Both the position numbers and the translations under genes were made by a program. From a virus (lineage: Duplodnaviria > Caudoviricetes), in IMG/VR virus record IMGVR_UViG_3300036798_000217, positions 1 to 37,295 of that record: a stretch of 37,295 nucleotides of DNA. One strand, written 5' to 3'. Position 1 is the stretch's first letter; each line of letters opens with the position of its first letter. The notes under the pieces are model-generated. The model was not told where the DNA came from and ran no database searches. It worked only from the letters and a program-made list of their open reading frames with translations. Shown here in pieces: positions 26,015-35,649 of the stretch.

Positions 26015-26306
26015 CGGCTTTCACCTCACAATATAGCTCGATTTTTTCATCATCTCTTTCATATGTGCGGTAGATACTATATTCTTTCTCCCTATATTGA
26101 ACTTTTCTTTCGTCTTGGTAGTCCAAAACATGAACGATCAATACACAACTTGCTTTGATATCGTTTTGCCCAGCTTGAAAGAATTCTGATTGTGGTACAG
26201 ATTTCTTTTTACAAAATACTTGTCTACTAAACGTTTCTGTTTCTTCTTTTTGTCCTAATTCATCTTCAACAATTGTAACGATTGGAAAATGTAAAATGTC
26301 ATTCAC
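26007..26306 (-). CDS. Head closure/head-tail adaptor
   Basis: DELGQ...SVPQSEFFQAG; synteny. Confidence 0.8.
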   Translation of the reverse strand: MNDILHFPIVTIVEDELGQKEETETFSRQVFCKKKSVPQSEFFQAGQNDIKASCVLIVHVLDYQDERKVQYREKEYSIYRTYERDDEKIELYCEVKAGG

Positions 26307-26575
26307 TTGTAATCACCTGCTAGTGTTAGATGATTTTTAAGCATGTTATACGATAATTGGAATCGCTCAGATTCCTTAGCATCCGGGATGAAATTAGCTT
26401 TCGTATAAGTGATAATCGTACGCTTGATTAATGGATCTGTATCATCATTAGATTTAAATCCAGAAACGCCCGATAACTTCAAATCATATCGGGCCGCTTC
26501 AATTAAATCTGAAATTTCATCATCCAGAGCATCATGCGAGACGCGTAATGCCTTCTTAACGGTTTCAAGCATCAT
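26303..26575 (-). CDS. Head-tail connector (gp6-like)
   Basis: LETVKKALRV...DDEISDLIEAA. Confidence 0.85.
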   Translation of the reverse strand: MMLETVKKALRVSHDALDDEISDLIEAARYDLKLSGVSGFKSNDDTDPLIKRTIITYTKANFIPDAKESERFQLSYNMLKNHLTLAGDYK

Positions 26576-26577
26576 AT

Positions 26578-26835
26578 TTATTCACCAACTTGCTTCAGTT
26601 CTTTTAAAGCTTCAAGTGCAGCTTCTTTACCTTTGATTTTTTCACCATTAGGTAGTTGATAATATCCACCCCCTACATGTTGAGGTCCTTCAGAATCCTC
26701 TTGTTTTACTTTAAGGAATCCTTCTTCTTGTAAAAAAGCGATGCGTTCCGGGTCTTCTGACTCGTACACATCGCCTTCTGAATACCCTATTTGTGTATCC
26801 TTATCGATAAACGGCTTAATTACTAAGCTTTTCAT
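26578..26835 (-). CDS. Small head-associated hypothetical protein
   Basis: Directly downstream of the capsid gene; AGGAG RBS. Confidence 0.7.
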   Translation of the reverse strand: MKSLVIKPFIDKDTQIGYSEGDVYESEDPERIAFLQEEGFLKVKQEDSEGPQHVGGGYYQLPNGEKIKGKEAALEALKELKQVGE

Positions 26836-26849
26836 TTATTATCAACTCC

Positions 26850-28028
26850 TTAAACTGCAGCTGCCTTTTTAAGAACTACTAATGAGTTAGTATCGACAAC
26901 CTTACCATCCACAATCATGATTGCTTTTGTAACCATGTCGTCAGTTTCGTTATCTTCATATTTTTTAACTCCCATTTGATAGTTAGTGTTAAGAATATAA
27001 TCTTTGTAGTTAAATAAGAATGCAAATGGTTTACCAGTCGCTGCAGTTGAGAAACTATCAACATAGTTGCATAAATTAACTGGACGACCTAATAAAACTC
27101 GTTCCGGTTTACCAGAGATACCATAATTAGTACGTGCAATTGGTTGCCCTGCACTATCTGTCATAGCTGAAAATGCCATAAATGTTTTCTTCGTCATTGT
27201 CCAAACAGCATTTGCTTCATATTCAAGTGGTAATGCCGCTTCTGCATCAATGAGCGTTTTGTATTCGATTTTAGCGATATCTAATGCTTGTCCTGTAACA
27301 GGAGTTTCAGTCAAAATACCTTTTGGTTGTCCAGAGCCAGTTCCGCTGATAATTGATTGTTCAATTGCTTTTGTCATTGCTTCCACAATATTGTTGATCA
27401 AAGTAGACTCAAAGACTGTTAGTGCCATAGTATCTACTTCAAGAGAAACAGCTACAGCACAACGTAATTTATTGTAGTTAAAAGTAATATTGCCAGTAGG
27501 TTTCTTCTGTTTATCACTTCCAGCACTTTCAGCTACCCATGTTGCAACTGGTTTAACAGCTGAAGTCGGAACAGTTACTCCGCCTTTAATAGCTGTACGT
27601 GTAACTAATGGAAGAATCATTCCAACAGCTTCGATTTTTTCAATAATTTGATTCAATACAGTTTGTGGAATGACAGATCCTACATCGCCAGTTTTTGTAA
27701 CTGCATTAGCGCGAAGTTCAGTGGGAATTGATTCTCCACGTAGAACATAATTCATGAATGCATTACGATATTCTAATGAATCTGTTCCGAATTCACGCAC
27801 TTCATTTGGTTGAGTGTTAAACGTTTGAATTGTACGAGTTTCAGGTGATCCACCTTCATTGATAGCACTAGCTTCTTGCAATAAACGTTGACGTGTTTCA
27901 ATTCCATTTTGTTCTTCACTTAGTTCACGTAATTCAGTTTCCAATGCTGCTAAATCAACTTCTCCATTACCTTCTAATGCTGTGCGGATTTCCGCTTTAC
28001 GTTGTAAAATTTCTTGTAAACGATTCAT
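26850..28028 (-). CDS. Major capsid protein (HK97 fold with delta domain)
   Basis: Coiled-coil N-terminus, WVAE, GTGSGQPKGI. Confidence 0.93.
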   Translation of the reverse strand: MNRLQEILQRKAEIRTALEGNGEVDLAALETELRELSEEQNGIETRQRLLQEASAINEGGSPETRTIQTFNTQPNEVREFGTDSLEYRNAFMNYVLRGESIPTELRANAVTKTGDVGSVIPQTVLNQIIEKIEAVGMILPLVTRTAIKGGVTVPTSAVKPVATWVAESAGSDKQKKPTGNITFNYNKLRCAVAVSLEVDTMALTVFESTLINNIVEAMTKAIEQSIISGTGSGQPKGILTETPVTGQALDIAKIEYKTLIDAEAALPLEYEANAVWTMTKKTFMAFSAMTDSAGQPIARTNYGISGKPERVLLGRPVNLCNYVDSFSTAATGKPFAFLFNYKDYILNTNYQMGVKKYEDNETDDMVTKAIMIVDGKVVDTNSLVVLKKAAAV

Positions 28029-28042
28029 ATTATCATTCTCCT

Positions 28043-28627
28043 CTATAAATAAGTTTTTAATATTAGTATTTTGCGTAATTCATCTTGCGCACGATCTTCT
28101 ACAAAATGTTTGTAAGGATCATAACCTCTTGCGCTAACCTCGGAATCTGGATACGCTGGAAAAGCAACTGCGCTAACTTCTAATAATTTAGCTTTGGTTA
28201 CAGTTCGCAACATAAGGTCATCGTCAGGTTCGTCAATTTCCTCCGTAATCATGCTGAATCCAAAACTAACACCATCAACATCTCCACGCTTGATTGTTTC
28301 GTATGTGTCGTTACCAAGTGTGGTCTTAGGTAAATCTAATTCAAAACGTAATCCGATTAAATCTTCGGTCAATCGCAAAGTATTATTTTTTGTTCTTCCC
28401 AATACTTTTGATGTGTCGTGTGCCCATAAAAAACGTTGATCATCTTTTTGTAACGACTCTACAAACGCACCTTGCCTGAATTGCTCGCGGAATTTTCGAT
28501 AATAACCCATAACTACTGAATTCTTTTCCCATTTAACCGCATAGCCAGTTAGTGTTCTATTTCCGTCGTCGCCTTCTCTAATTTCAATCTGTTGTGTTGT
28601 TAGTTCCCTCAGTTCCGTCTTTTCCAC
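28043..28627 (-). CDS. HK97 prohead protease
   Basis: GYAVKW, H..LGRT, GVSFGF, EVSAVAFPAY; GTG start after GGAGGTG. Confidence 0.92.
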   Translation of the reverse strand: MEKTELRELTTQQIEIREGDDGNRTLTGYAVKWEKNSVVMGYYRKFREQFRQGAFVESLQKDDQRFLWAHDTSKVLGRTKNNTLRLTEDLIGLRFELDLPKTTLGNDTYETIKRGDVDGVSFGFSMITEEIDEPDDDLMLRTVTKAKLLEVSAVAFPAYPDSEVSARGYDPYKHFVEDRAQDELRKILILKTYL

Positions 28628-29807
28628 TATTCTCACCTCCTTTACTAGTAACATTTCCATCTTTAACTAGTGCTGTATCTAATCGACGGATTGGTTTATC
28701 TCCGCCTTCTATTGGTCCAAGAGAAAGAATTGAACGCCATTCATTCGGTGTCATTGACCCTCTATCAACCATCTGAACTAAATTCATTTTGGTAGACATA
28801 GAAGCATATTGAAGACTTGCTGCTTCAAAAATTATCTTGTTACCAAATCCACGTTCGCGACGTGAAAAAAGCTTCCTGGTAAATTCTCCAGCAAGCTGCA
28901 TCGCCAATGGTTCAATTTCAGATTCGTAATATGCATTCCAATCATCTTCTGTATACTTACTTTGTATAATTTTTTCATTTGTATTGAAAAAGTTATATAT
29001 TCTTTGAGTTGTTTCTTGCATTTGTTTAGAATCTGGAACAAATGCCTCATTCTTAACTTGATCTAAATCATAACGAGGATCAGTAGCCGCCGCACCTCCG
29101 TTTACATTATCAATACTTAGATAATTCTTAACGAAATTGCTAACCTGCATATCAATATCATCTTGCTTCAATACAGATTTGAATTTAAGAACCCATTTAA
29201 TGATTGCACTGTTTTTAATCGCTTTTACAATACCTTGGTCAGTAGTTGAAACGATGTCCATAAGAGATGCCAATGATTTACCAGGATGTTCACCAAAAAA
29301 ATCATCTTCATTATAATCTTTTCGTAAATGAATGATATCTGTGTATGGAACAGTCATTCTTTTACCATTCTTAAAATAAAACTTTAGGAATATATCCCCT
29401 TGTACGCCTTCCACAACTTCTATATTCATACATGGAATAGGATAAATTTCAGTAGCATAACCTAATTCATCACGTTTGATATAAGCAAATGCATTATGAT
29501 TCAGTTCTAACTGAACTGTCATTTTTTCTTGAAACATCTGTCCCGTCATCAATGGGTTCGGCTCTTCTAAAATAAAGCGTATATAAGGATCAGGATTCAC
29601 CTTAAATTCCGTTGTATTATCTCTAATATGTTTAGCGACCAATTTACCGACAGCCTTCGCCTTAGGTCGTATACACGATCGAATAATGTCACTTTGATAT
29701 ATATCACCATTCCATGAAAAAAAACCGCCCCCATTATCGTTCACCATTTCAAAACGAGTTGTTGTAGGTGCTTGCTTCTTGCCAAACATCTTATCGAATA
29801 ATCCCAA
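28584..29807 (-). CDS. Portal protein (HK97 family)
   Basis: EPNPLMT, DIIHLR, MTPNEWR...LGPIEGGD. Confidence 0.93.
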   Translation of the reverse strand: MGLFDKMFGKKQAPTTTRFEMVNDNGGGFFSWNGDIYQSDIIRSCIRPKAKAVGKLVAKHIRDNTTEFKVNPDPYIRFILEEPNPLMTGQMFQEKMTVQLELNHNAFAYIKRDELGYATEIYPIPCMNIEVVEGVQGDIFLKFYFKNGKRMTVPYTDIIHLRKDYNEDDFFGEHPGKSLASLMDIVSTTDQGIVKAIKNSAIIKWVLKFKSVLKQDDIDMQVSNFVKNYLSIDNVNGGAAATDPRYDLDQVKNEAFVPDSKQMQETTQRIYNFFNTNEKIIQSKYTEDDWNAYYESEIEPLAMQLAGEFTRKLFSRRERGFGNKIIFEAASLQYASMSTKMNLVQMVDRGSMTPNEWRSILSLGPIEGGDKPIRRLDTALVKDGNVTSKGGENSGKDGTEGTNNTTD

Positions 29808-29820
29808 TTTATCACCTCCC

Positions 29821-31509
29821 TTAAATCATATTTAAATAATCATTTCGTTTCTCTTGAAGGACTACATACGCATTTAAAAGTGCTGCTGTGCCATCAATAC
29901 GACGACGCTGATTTTTCGTTTTGTTTGGTTGTATATTTAAATTCTTATCAATATCAACCGCGGTGTTAGACAAGCACCATTTGTCGATAGGATTATTGTT
30001 ATAATTGATTAATTTCGATTCTAAGTCAGCTCCTAAAAGCTTCATTGGGCTTGATAATGTCTGTTTACCTTGTGCTACTGGAATCATAGCTTCTTTTCCA
30101 AAATACCCTTCCATTTCCTCGACCCAATAATTCGCACTCCATCGATCATAACCAATCCAAGGGAGATAAATACCGTATTCATCACGTATTTCTAAGAACC
30201 ATTCCGTTACATATTTATAATGAACTGAATTACCAGGAGTAGTTCTTAGTAATCCTAAGTCATGCCAACGATTATACGGTATTTTATCTTCTGTACTTCG
30301 TTTTTCTAACAAGTCTTCCGGAAGCCAGTACATCTGTTTAACATATATATATGGGTCGCCAGAAATCATAAAAATAACCTTCGCTGCTGTTAAATCGGTT
30401 GTTGAAGATAAATCACAACCACCAATTCCATACGAAGGTTTTAGTTCATTAATATTATAAGAAGCTAAATTATTTAATTGTTCAAATGTTAACCATGCTT
30501 CCGATGATGTTTCACGAATGTTAAAGTCTTTAGTTAATAAATTGCTAACTAAAAGAGAATTAGCTTTAGCTTTATTTACTTTCGTTTCTAAGTTATCTAT
30601 TTTCTTTATGGTACCTAAACCTGGATTAGCTTTAGACCATTTTGTTTTGTCAGTCCATTCTTCTCTTTTATCAAGTTCATAAATAACAGGTAAAAAACGA
30701 TCGTCTTTATAACCCTCATCATCATCCAATCCATTCAGTAACATTTCCGCTTCATCATACTTCATATCATAAACGGATTCTCTTACTGTTCCGGCTGTTG
30801 TAATCATAAGAATTAATGGTTGCTCACGTGCCGACGTACCATCGACAATTACGTCATATAAATTCTTATCTTTCCATGCATGAATTTCATCCAATGAAGC
30901 TCCATGAACATTTAATCCATCTAATGTATCGCTATCGCTACCAACTGGTTTAAATACACTATCGTTAAAATCAGCAGTTAATTCTTTAACTAAAGTTTTT
31001 ATCCTCTTTGATAAAGCGGGTGACTTTTTCACCATTCTTTTGGATTCCGACCACACAATTTTAGCTTGCTGTTCCTTGGTTGCTACTGCATAAACTTCTG
31101 AACCGCCTTCTCCATCTGCAACTTGTAGATACAAACATATACCAGACGAAAGTGTAGACTTACCATTTTTACGTGCAACCACTAAAAGTGCTTCTCGGTA
31201 TTTTCTGGTTCCATCAATTTTATGAACAAAACCAAAAGTAGCAGCCAAGAAAGCCTGTTGCCAAAGTTCTAAATCAATTGGTTTCCCTGCCCATTTTGCT
31301 TTGCTATGTTTACAAAAATTTTCGATAAATTCAATAACATGATTGGCTCGATTAGGGTCATATTCATACTCTGAATCATTGTTATAAACATCATCAACAA
31401 GCTTCTTATAAATACGTTTAACTTTGTAGCCTACTACAATTTCACCGGATTCGATTTTATTGTAATACTCTATTATAGGGTTATGTGATAATGGATATTG
31501 TTTCCTCAT
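29821..31509 (-). CDS. terL: Terminase large subunit
   Basis: VARKNGKS Walker A, LDEIH Walker B, ITTAG, RIDG. Confidence 0.95.
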   Translation of the reverse strand: MRKQYPLSHNPIIEYYNKIESGEIVVGYKVKRIYKKLVDDVYNNDSEYEYDPNRANHVIEFIENFCKHSKAKWAGKPIDLELWQQAFLAATFGFVHKIDGTRKYREALLVVARKNGKSTLSSGICLYLQVADGEGGSEVYAVATKEQQAKIVWSESKRMVKKSPALSKRIKTLVKELTADFNDSVFKPVGSDSDTLDGLNVHGASLDEIHAWKDKNLYDVIVDGTSAREQPLILMITTAGTVRESVYDMKYDEAEMLLNGLDDDEGYKDDRFLPVIYELDKREEWTDKTKWSKANPGLGTIKKIDNLETKVNKAKANSLLVSNLLTKDFNIRETSSEAWLTFEQLNNLASYNINELKPSYGIGGCDLSSTTDLTAAKVIFMISGDPYIYVKQMYWLPEDLLEKRSTEDKIPYNRWHDLGLLRTTPGNSVHYKYVTEWFLEIRDEYGIYLPWIGYDRWSANYWVEEMEGYFGKEAMIPVAQGKQTLSSPMKLLGADLESKLINYNNNPIDKWCLSNTAVDIDKNLNIQPNKTKNQRRRIDGTAALLNAYVVLQEKRNDYLNMI

Positions 31510-31880
31510 CGTTTCTGCACAAACTTATCAAATTCATCATCAATTTCTTCTTTTTTCTTTGGATCCGGTTTAGGAACGTAATCACCTAATTGCTTCATGA
31601 TACTCTGGTAGTTTTTATTCATCGATATATACCGACGAGCTTGTGGACGTTCTCTTTCATATGGCTCTTGATTCTCAGACTGTGAGAACATTTCATCATA
31701 ACCATTCTCATCGAGATCTTTTCGAATATCTTCTAATCGAACTCGTAGGTCTGCAGCTTCAACAATTAATCCCTCTACAACCAAGAGGGTATCTTTTGGC
31801 ATTTCTTTATATATACGTTTAAGTCTGTTTATTTCTTTTTTAACTCGCTCTTCTTTTGTTAACTCTTTTTTTATCGCCAT
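31506..31880 (-). CDS. terS: Terminase small subunit
   Basis: Overlaps the terL start; size and synteny; GAGGTG RBS. Confidence 0.8.
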   Translation of the reverse strand: MAIKKELTKEERVKKEINRLKRIYKEMPKDTLLVVEGLIVEAADLRVRLEDIRKDLDENGYDEMFSQSENQEPYERERPQARRYISMNKNYQSIMKQLGDYVPKPDPKKKEEIDDEFDKFVQKR

Positions 31881-31899
31881 CAATAACACCTCATTTCTT

Positions 31900-32000
31900 C
31901 ATTTTGGGGTAGGGGGGTCACGCGAAATGACCTGTGTGTTACGTGAAGGTTCCTCATCGGTCCCTATCAGGCCCTATAATTTATTTTTTATAGGGGGGAT
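31900..32000. other. Probable cos region
   Basis: GC-rich intergenic island with G-runs at both ends, between the HNH genes and terS. Confidence 0.5.
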
Positions 32001-32009
32001 TGCTCTTCT

Positions 32010-32288
32010 TTATAACCATCTATCTATTCTTCTTTTCAATCGACAAAAGAAAGATGGACAATATTGTTTGTAATTCTCTTTATCTCTCTTTAATAGATGT
32101 TCAATTGAATTTCCGAGAAGATACTCTTGTGAGTAAGGCATGAATGTTTGTCCGTATAGTTTGTAATACTTAAAGTGTCTTACACCTACTCCAATGTTCT
32201 CCATATGTTCTAGATGTTTGTTATATACTTCATCATCTATACGAGCCAGACCAAGCGCATCTATCTTCCTTTGTAGACTCTTACTCAT
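32010..32288 (-). CDS. Hypothetical protein
   Basis: 92-aa ORF with AGGAG RBS after the HNH gene. Confidence 0.7.
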   Translation of the reverse strand: MSKSLQRKIDALGLARIDDEVYNKHLEHMENIGVGVRHFKYYKLYGQTFMPYSQEYLLGNSIEHLLKRDKENYKQYCPSFFCRLKRRIDRWL

Positions 32289-32291
32289 AAC

Positions 32292-32588
32292 CTAATCACT
32301 CCTAATCAAATCACCATTCTCATCAAACATGACACCCTCAACAACAGGACTATTCTTCTCATGATGTTCACGGTTATGACAGTCCTGACATAATAACTCT
32401 AGGTTACTAAAGCTCAGTGTAATCTCTGGATCATTAATGTTCTCAGGCGTTATGTAATTCTTATGGTGAACTATTTTCCCTGGGTCTTTACATCTTTCAC
32501 ACAACCCATGCCTGAAGTTGAAGTATGACTCTCTGCACTTCTTCCACGCTGTCGACTTGTAGAACTTCTTTGCATATTCCTTTGCCAT
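32292..32588 (-). CDS. Packaging-associated HNH endonuclease (HK97 gp74-like)
   Basis: CERC...VHH...NLELLCQDCHNREH. Confidence 0.9.
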   Translation of the reverse strand: MAKEYAKKFYKSTAWKKCRESYFNFRHGLCERCKDPGKIVHHKNYITPENINDPEITLSFSNLELLCQDCHNREHHEKNSPVVEGVMFDENGDLIRSD

Positions 32589-32616
32589 TCACCCACCTCG
32601 CTATCCGCACTCCTTT

Positions 32617-32889
32617 TTAACAAACTGTCCTTACTCTTATACATCTAGGTTTACGATCTATAACCTGTGACTTCATTAGTTTGTGTTCAACATATCCATA
32701 TACTTTCCGTTGTGGCTGTTCTAACTTATACTCTATATACTTTGCTGTAAGTTCTTTAATCTGTTCCCAGTAATCTGAAACAAACTGAACGATTCTTTTA
32801 TATAATTCATTAGCTAACTTGATAAAGGCTTCTCGAAGTAGTTCAAAATTAACTTTCATACCCTCACTCATTATCATCACTGTCCGCAT
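32617..32889 (-). CDS. Hypothetical protein (true start probably near 32859-32871)
   Basis: ORF track; follows the 43-aa ORF. Confidence 0.65.
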   Translation of the reverse strand: MRTVMIMSEGMKVNFELLREAFIKLANELYKRIVQFVSDYWEQIKELTAKYIEYKLEQPQRKVYGYVEHKLMKSQVIDRKPRCIRVRTVC

Positions 32890-32995
32890 ACAAATCTTCT
32901 TCTTTCATAGGTCTCACTAATATCGGTGTACCAAATGTCCCATCCTCATTACGTACAGCAAAATAGATTTCTTTTGCAACATCTTTAGTCGGCAT
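32864..32995 (-). CDS. Small acidic protein, 43 aa (MPTKDVAKEI...)
   Basis: Manually translated; GGAGGAGG RBS. Confidence 0.65.
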   Translation of the reverse strand: MPTKDVAKEIYFAVRNEDGTFGTPILVRPMKEEDLYADSDDNE

Positions 32996-33014
32996 CCTTC
33001 ATCCTCCTCCAAAA

Positions 33015-33340
33015 TAAAAGGCACCCGAATGGATGCCTTGTTCTCAATTATTATTTTGTACTTTGATTACGGTAAATGAAGTTTTATTCTTCTTTCAGCT
33101 AACAACCACGACAGACGCTCTCGGCTGACTTATCAGGTCACCCTCATTCTGTCTACCTAGGATGTTGTTAGCTCAAAGAAGAGCAAAAGCTCTCCCTCGT
33201 ATACACAACATGAACTTCAATTGGATGTGAAATCAAGAAACAACTGTTCATCCAATCTACAACCATCGCCACCGGTAATGACGATCCATTTTCGATTATC
33301 TGGAATCTTGTGAGCAATGTTTTCCGCCACTACTCACAAT
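33015..33340 (-). ncRNA. Structured leader/ncRNA of the late operon
   Basis: At least five consecutive hairpins, no convincing ORF, ends in a terminator-like hairpin at 33016-33039. Confidence 0.45.
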
Positions 33341-33343
33341 ACA

Positions 33344-33410
33344 AATATAACACGCTATATCCAAAACAACCGGCACATTTCCTGCCAAAAAGCGGTCATG
33401 ACTCTGCCAC
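33344..33410 (-). promoter_or_regulatory. Putative late promoter with activator (ArpU) repeats
   Basis: TGnTATATT at 33352-33344; CTGCCA direct repeats 22 bp apart (33382, 33404). Confidence 0.5.
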
Positions 33411-33449
33411 TTATTTTTATTCTTCACTCTTATGTACTTTATCTTAATG

Positions 33450-33563
33450 ACTTACCCATATCTTATATTGTGTGTAACTGCCCCCTTCGCTGAATCCCTT
33501 GCTATCATTGATTTCATTTAACTTTCTCTTTTGAGTTACACAGTACGAAATTTATGAGTAACT
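33450..33563. repeat. Paired recombinase-type inverted-repeat sites
   Basis: acttaccca-N12-tgtgtaact (33450-33479) and agttacaca-N12-tgagtaact (33534-33563). Confidence 0.6.
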
Positions 33564-33592
33564 GTATAAATTTAAAAAGAAAAAAGCAATGA

Positions 33593-34135
33593 TTAGATTT
33601 TAAACCTAGTCATTGCTTTATCCATCGCATCTTGGTTTACACCTATATAACGTAACGTGACCTTCTCTGACGAGTGATTGAATATCTCCATGAGTAATGC
33701 TATGTTTTTCGTTTGCATGTACATATGGTACCCGTACGTCTTTCTTAGCGTATGTGTTCCGATTTCATCTAAACCAAACTCTGCTGCGGCTATACTTAAT
33801 ATCTTATATGCCATGCTACGACCAATAGGACGATTCTTTCCTTGTCTACTTTGCAACAAATACTCATGATCTTCTCTTTCTTCTATAAACCATTTAAGTT
33901 CTCTTTTTAATGCTGCAGTAATTTGTATTCGTTTCTGTTTCCCTGTTTTCTTTTCCCTCATAGATATATGACTGCTTTTGACATCCCCTACCTTCAATTT
34001 CAAAATATCTGATATTCTAAGACCTGTATTAATACCCATAATGAAGAGAATGTAATTACGTAAGCTCTTTTCCTTAAAATACTCTTTTAGCTGCTGTATT
34101 TCTTCTGGATCACGTATTGGCTGAACAAAATTCAT
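33593..34135 (-). CDS. Minimal tyrosine recombinase (catalytic domain only, 180 aa)
   Basis: NTGLRISD, EKKTGK, HTLRKT, FNHS...TLRYIG. Confidence 0.92.
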   Translation of the reverse strand: MNFVQPIRDPEEIQQLKEYFKEKSLRNYILFIMGINTGLRISDILKLKVGDVKSSHISMREKKTGKQKRIQITAALKRELKWFIEEREDHEYLLQSRQGKNRPIGRSMAYKILSIAAAEFGLDEIGTHTLRKTYGYHMYMQTKNIALLMEIFNHSSEKVTLRYIGVNQDAMDKAMTRFKI

Positions 34136-34617
34136 TATTCATTACCTCCAGTCTTTTCTGTCTCGTAAACTTCTAATCCAAGTGCAAAAGCAAGTTTATA
34201 AAACGCTTTAGACTTCCAACGTCGATAAGTACGCTCTGACATTCCTATTTCGTTATAAACCATGTAATCACATACATCCTCTTCTTCTAAATAACGTTTA
34301 TAAATAATATCTCTTTGGTTACTTCCTGCACGTCCGTTTCCTAGTCGATTTAGAAACTGATCAATACGTAATGACATTCCTTCAAGCCATTCTTCTCGTT
34401 TACTTTGTTGAATATTTGCTATGGCAACATCTTCTAATGGCTTTCCAACTGCATGTGTAGGACCGTGCTCACGCATTTCATAAGAAGGAGTGACTTTCAT
34501 TTCTTTACGCATCATCCCAAATTGCCTATGTATACGTACACTTTCCAAAACACCTTCTAATTCCTCTTGTGTTGCTGCTCTATCGATTTTTGGTAAGAAA
34601 GATAATTGTTTAGTCAT
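34135..34617 (-). CDS. ArpU-family late transcriptional activator
   Basis: KVTPSYE...IIYKRYL...SERTYRRWKSKAFYKLA. Confidence 0.85.
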   Translation of the reverse strand: MTKQLSFLPKIDRAATQEELEGVLESVRIHRQFGMMRKEMKVTPSYEMREHGPTHAVGKPLEDVAIANIQQSKREEWLEGMSLRIDQFLNRLGNGRAGSNQRDIIYKRYLEEEDVCDYMVYNEIGMSERTYRRWKSKAFYKLAFALGLEVYETEKTGGNE

Positions 34618-34644
34618 GTAAGACCACTCCTTTTTATTTTTAAA

Positions 34645-34815
34645 TTACTTTTGTCTTAATGCTCCACGTCTACGCTCATAACGCGGTCCACGAATCCCCA
34701 TTAAGTCTTCAATATCACGAGTACTTAATTTCTCTTTTCGCTTTTTCTTGTTTTTCTTTTTCACTTGATTAGATTGCTTTTTCCATTCACGTAATTGATC
34801 TCTTAGCACCTTCAT
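34645..34815 (-). CDS. Basic small protein, 56 aa (MKVLRDQLREWKK...)
   Basis: Manually translated; LSTRDIEDLMG..GPRYERRRGALRQ. Confidence 0.7.
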   Translation of the reverse strand: MKVLRDQLREWKKQSNQVKKKNKKKRKEKLSTRDIEDLMGIRGPRYERRRGALRQK

Positions 34816-34930
34816 TTCCCCATCTCCCTTTTCAAAATAAAAAGGACACCTATTCCTAAAACAGCTGTAATTACTGCTTTAATGAATTGGTGTCCTCTAG
34901 TTTTCTAGCCGGACTATATTCAGTTTCTTT

Positions 34931-35053
34931 TCACTTTAAAATGCCAGCTTGTACAAAAATGTTTCTCCAAGCATTTTTAACTCTATATTTTTCAAAAGAT
35001 TTCGCACGTCGAGCAATAGCTTTTCTGGTTTTCTTTTTCTTTAATTTAGACAT
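34931..35053 (-). CDS. DUF3983-like small protein, 40 aa
   Basis: Manually translated KKKKTRKAIARRAK...AWRNIFVQAGILK. Confidence 0.7.
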   Translation of the reverse strand: MSKLKKKKTRKAIARRAKSFEKYRVKNAWRNIFVQAGILK

Positions 35054-35071
35054 TTCTCTTAACCTCGCTTT

Positions 35072-35245
35072 CTATTCCATTTGTCCTTTGCACTCTTCAA
35101 GAAAATCAATAACTTCCTGAATATGCTCCTTTGTTGTCATACTCTCCATTACGTATCCTTCATTGTTATAAACATTAATCTTATTCCCTTTAAACTCCAT
35201 TCCACACATTCCGTCTGCACCTAATAGCTTTACATTACCTTCCAT
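35072..35245 (-). CDS. Small hypothetical protein, 57 aa (MEGNVKLLGADG...)
   Basis: Manually translated; GAGG RBS; flanked by 24-bp direct repeats. Confidence 0.7.
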   Translation of the reverse strand: MEGNVKLLGADGMCGMEFKGNKINVYNNEGYVMESMTTKEHIQEVIDFLEECKGQME

Positions 35246-35274
35246 TCTCTTAACCTCACTTTCTATTCAAAGGA

Positions 35275-35643
35275 TTATTTTGTTACAAAAAGTACTTCTT
35301 TTAACTTCCGTAATTCGATAAGTGACATCTTATCCACCGTATCCTTTAATTCTTTTCTTAATTGAGTCTTTTCTTTACCACGTTCAACCATTCCCCAATA
35401 CTCATTTTCTGTAATATACGCTTTGTAATTTTCTCCCCATCCCGTTCTATACATAAAATCTTTTTGGCTAAATCTTCTAGGTCTCCAATCAGAGTCTTCT
35501 GGCATAGCATAAAAGCTTGTGCCATTCGCTTTAACTACGATCCACTTCTTCAAGTTAGGTTCTGACTTTGAATACCAGCCACCTAAATGTGTAACGAATA
35601 TTTCTTGTCCTTCTACTATTTTGATTTTGGCCATTCCTCTCAT
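35275..35643 (-). CDS. Hypothetical protein
   Basis: 122-aa ORF with AGGAGG RBS; stop inside the 35264-35285 site. Confidence 0.75.
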   Translation of the reverse strand: MRGMAKIKIVEGQEIFVTHLGGWYSKSEPNLKKWIVVKANGTSFYAMPEDSDWRPRRFSQKDFMYRTGWGENYKAYITENEYWGMVERGKEKTQLRKELKDTVDKMSLIELRKLKEVLFVTK

Positions 35644-35649
35644 TCCTCC

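Noticed and set aside
14928-28776. Numerous + strand ORFs of 60-150 aa in the structural region
   Set aside because: Shadow ORFs antisense to well-supported minus-strand genes, with no RBS or recognisable motifs
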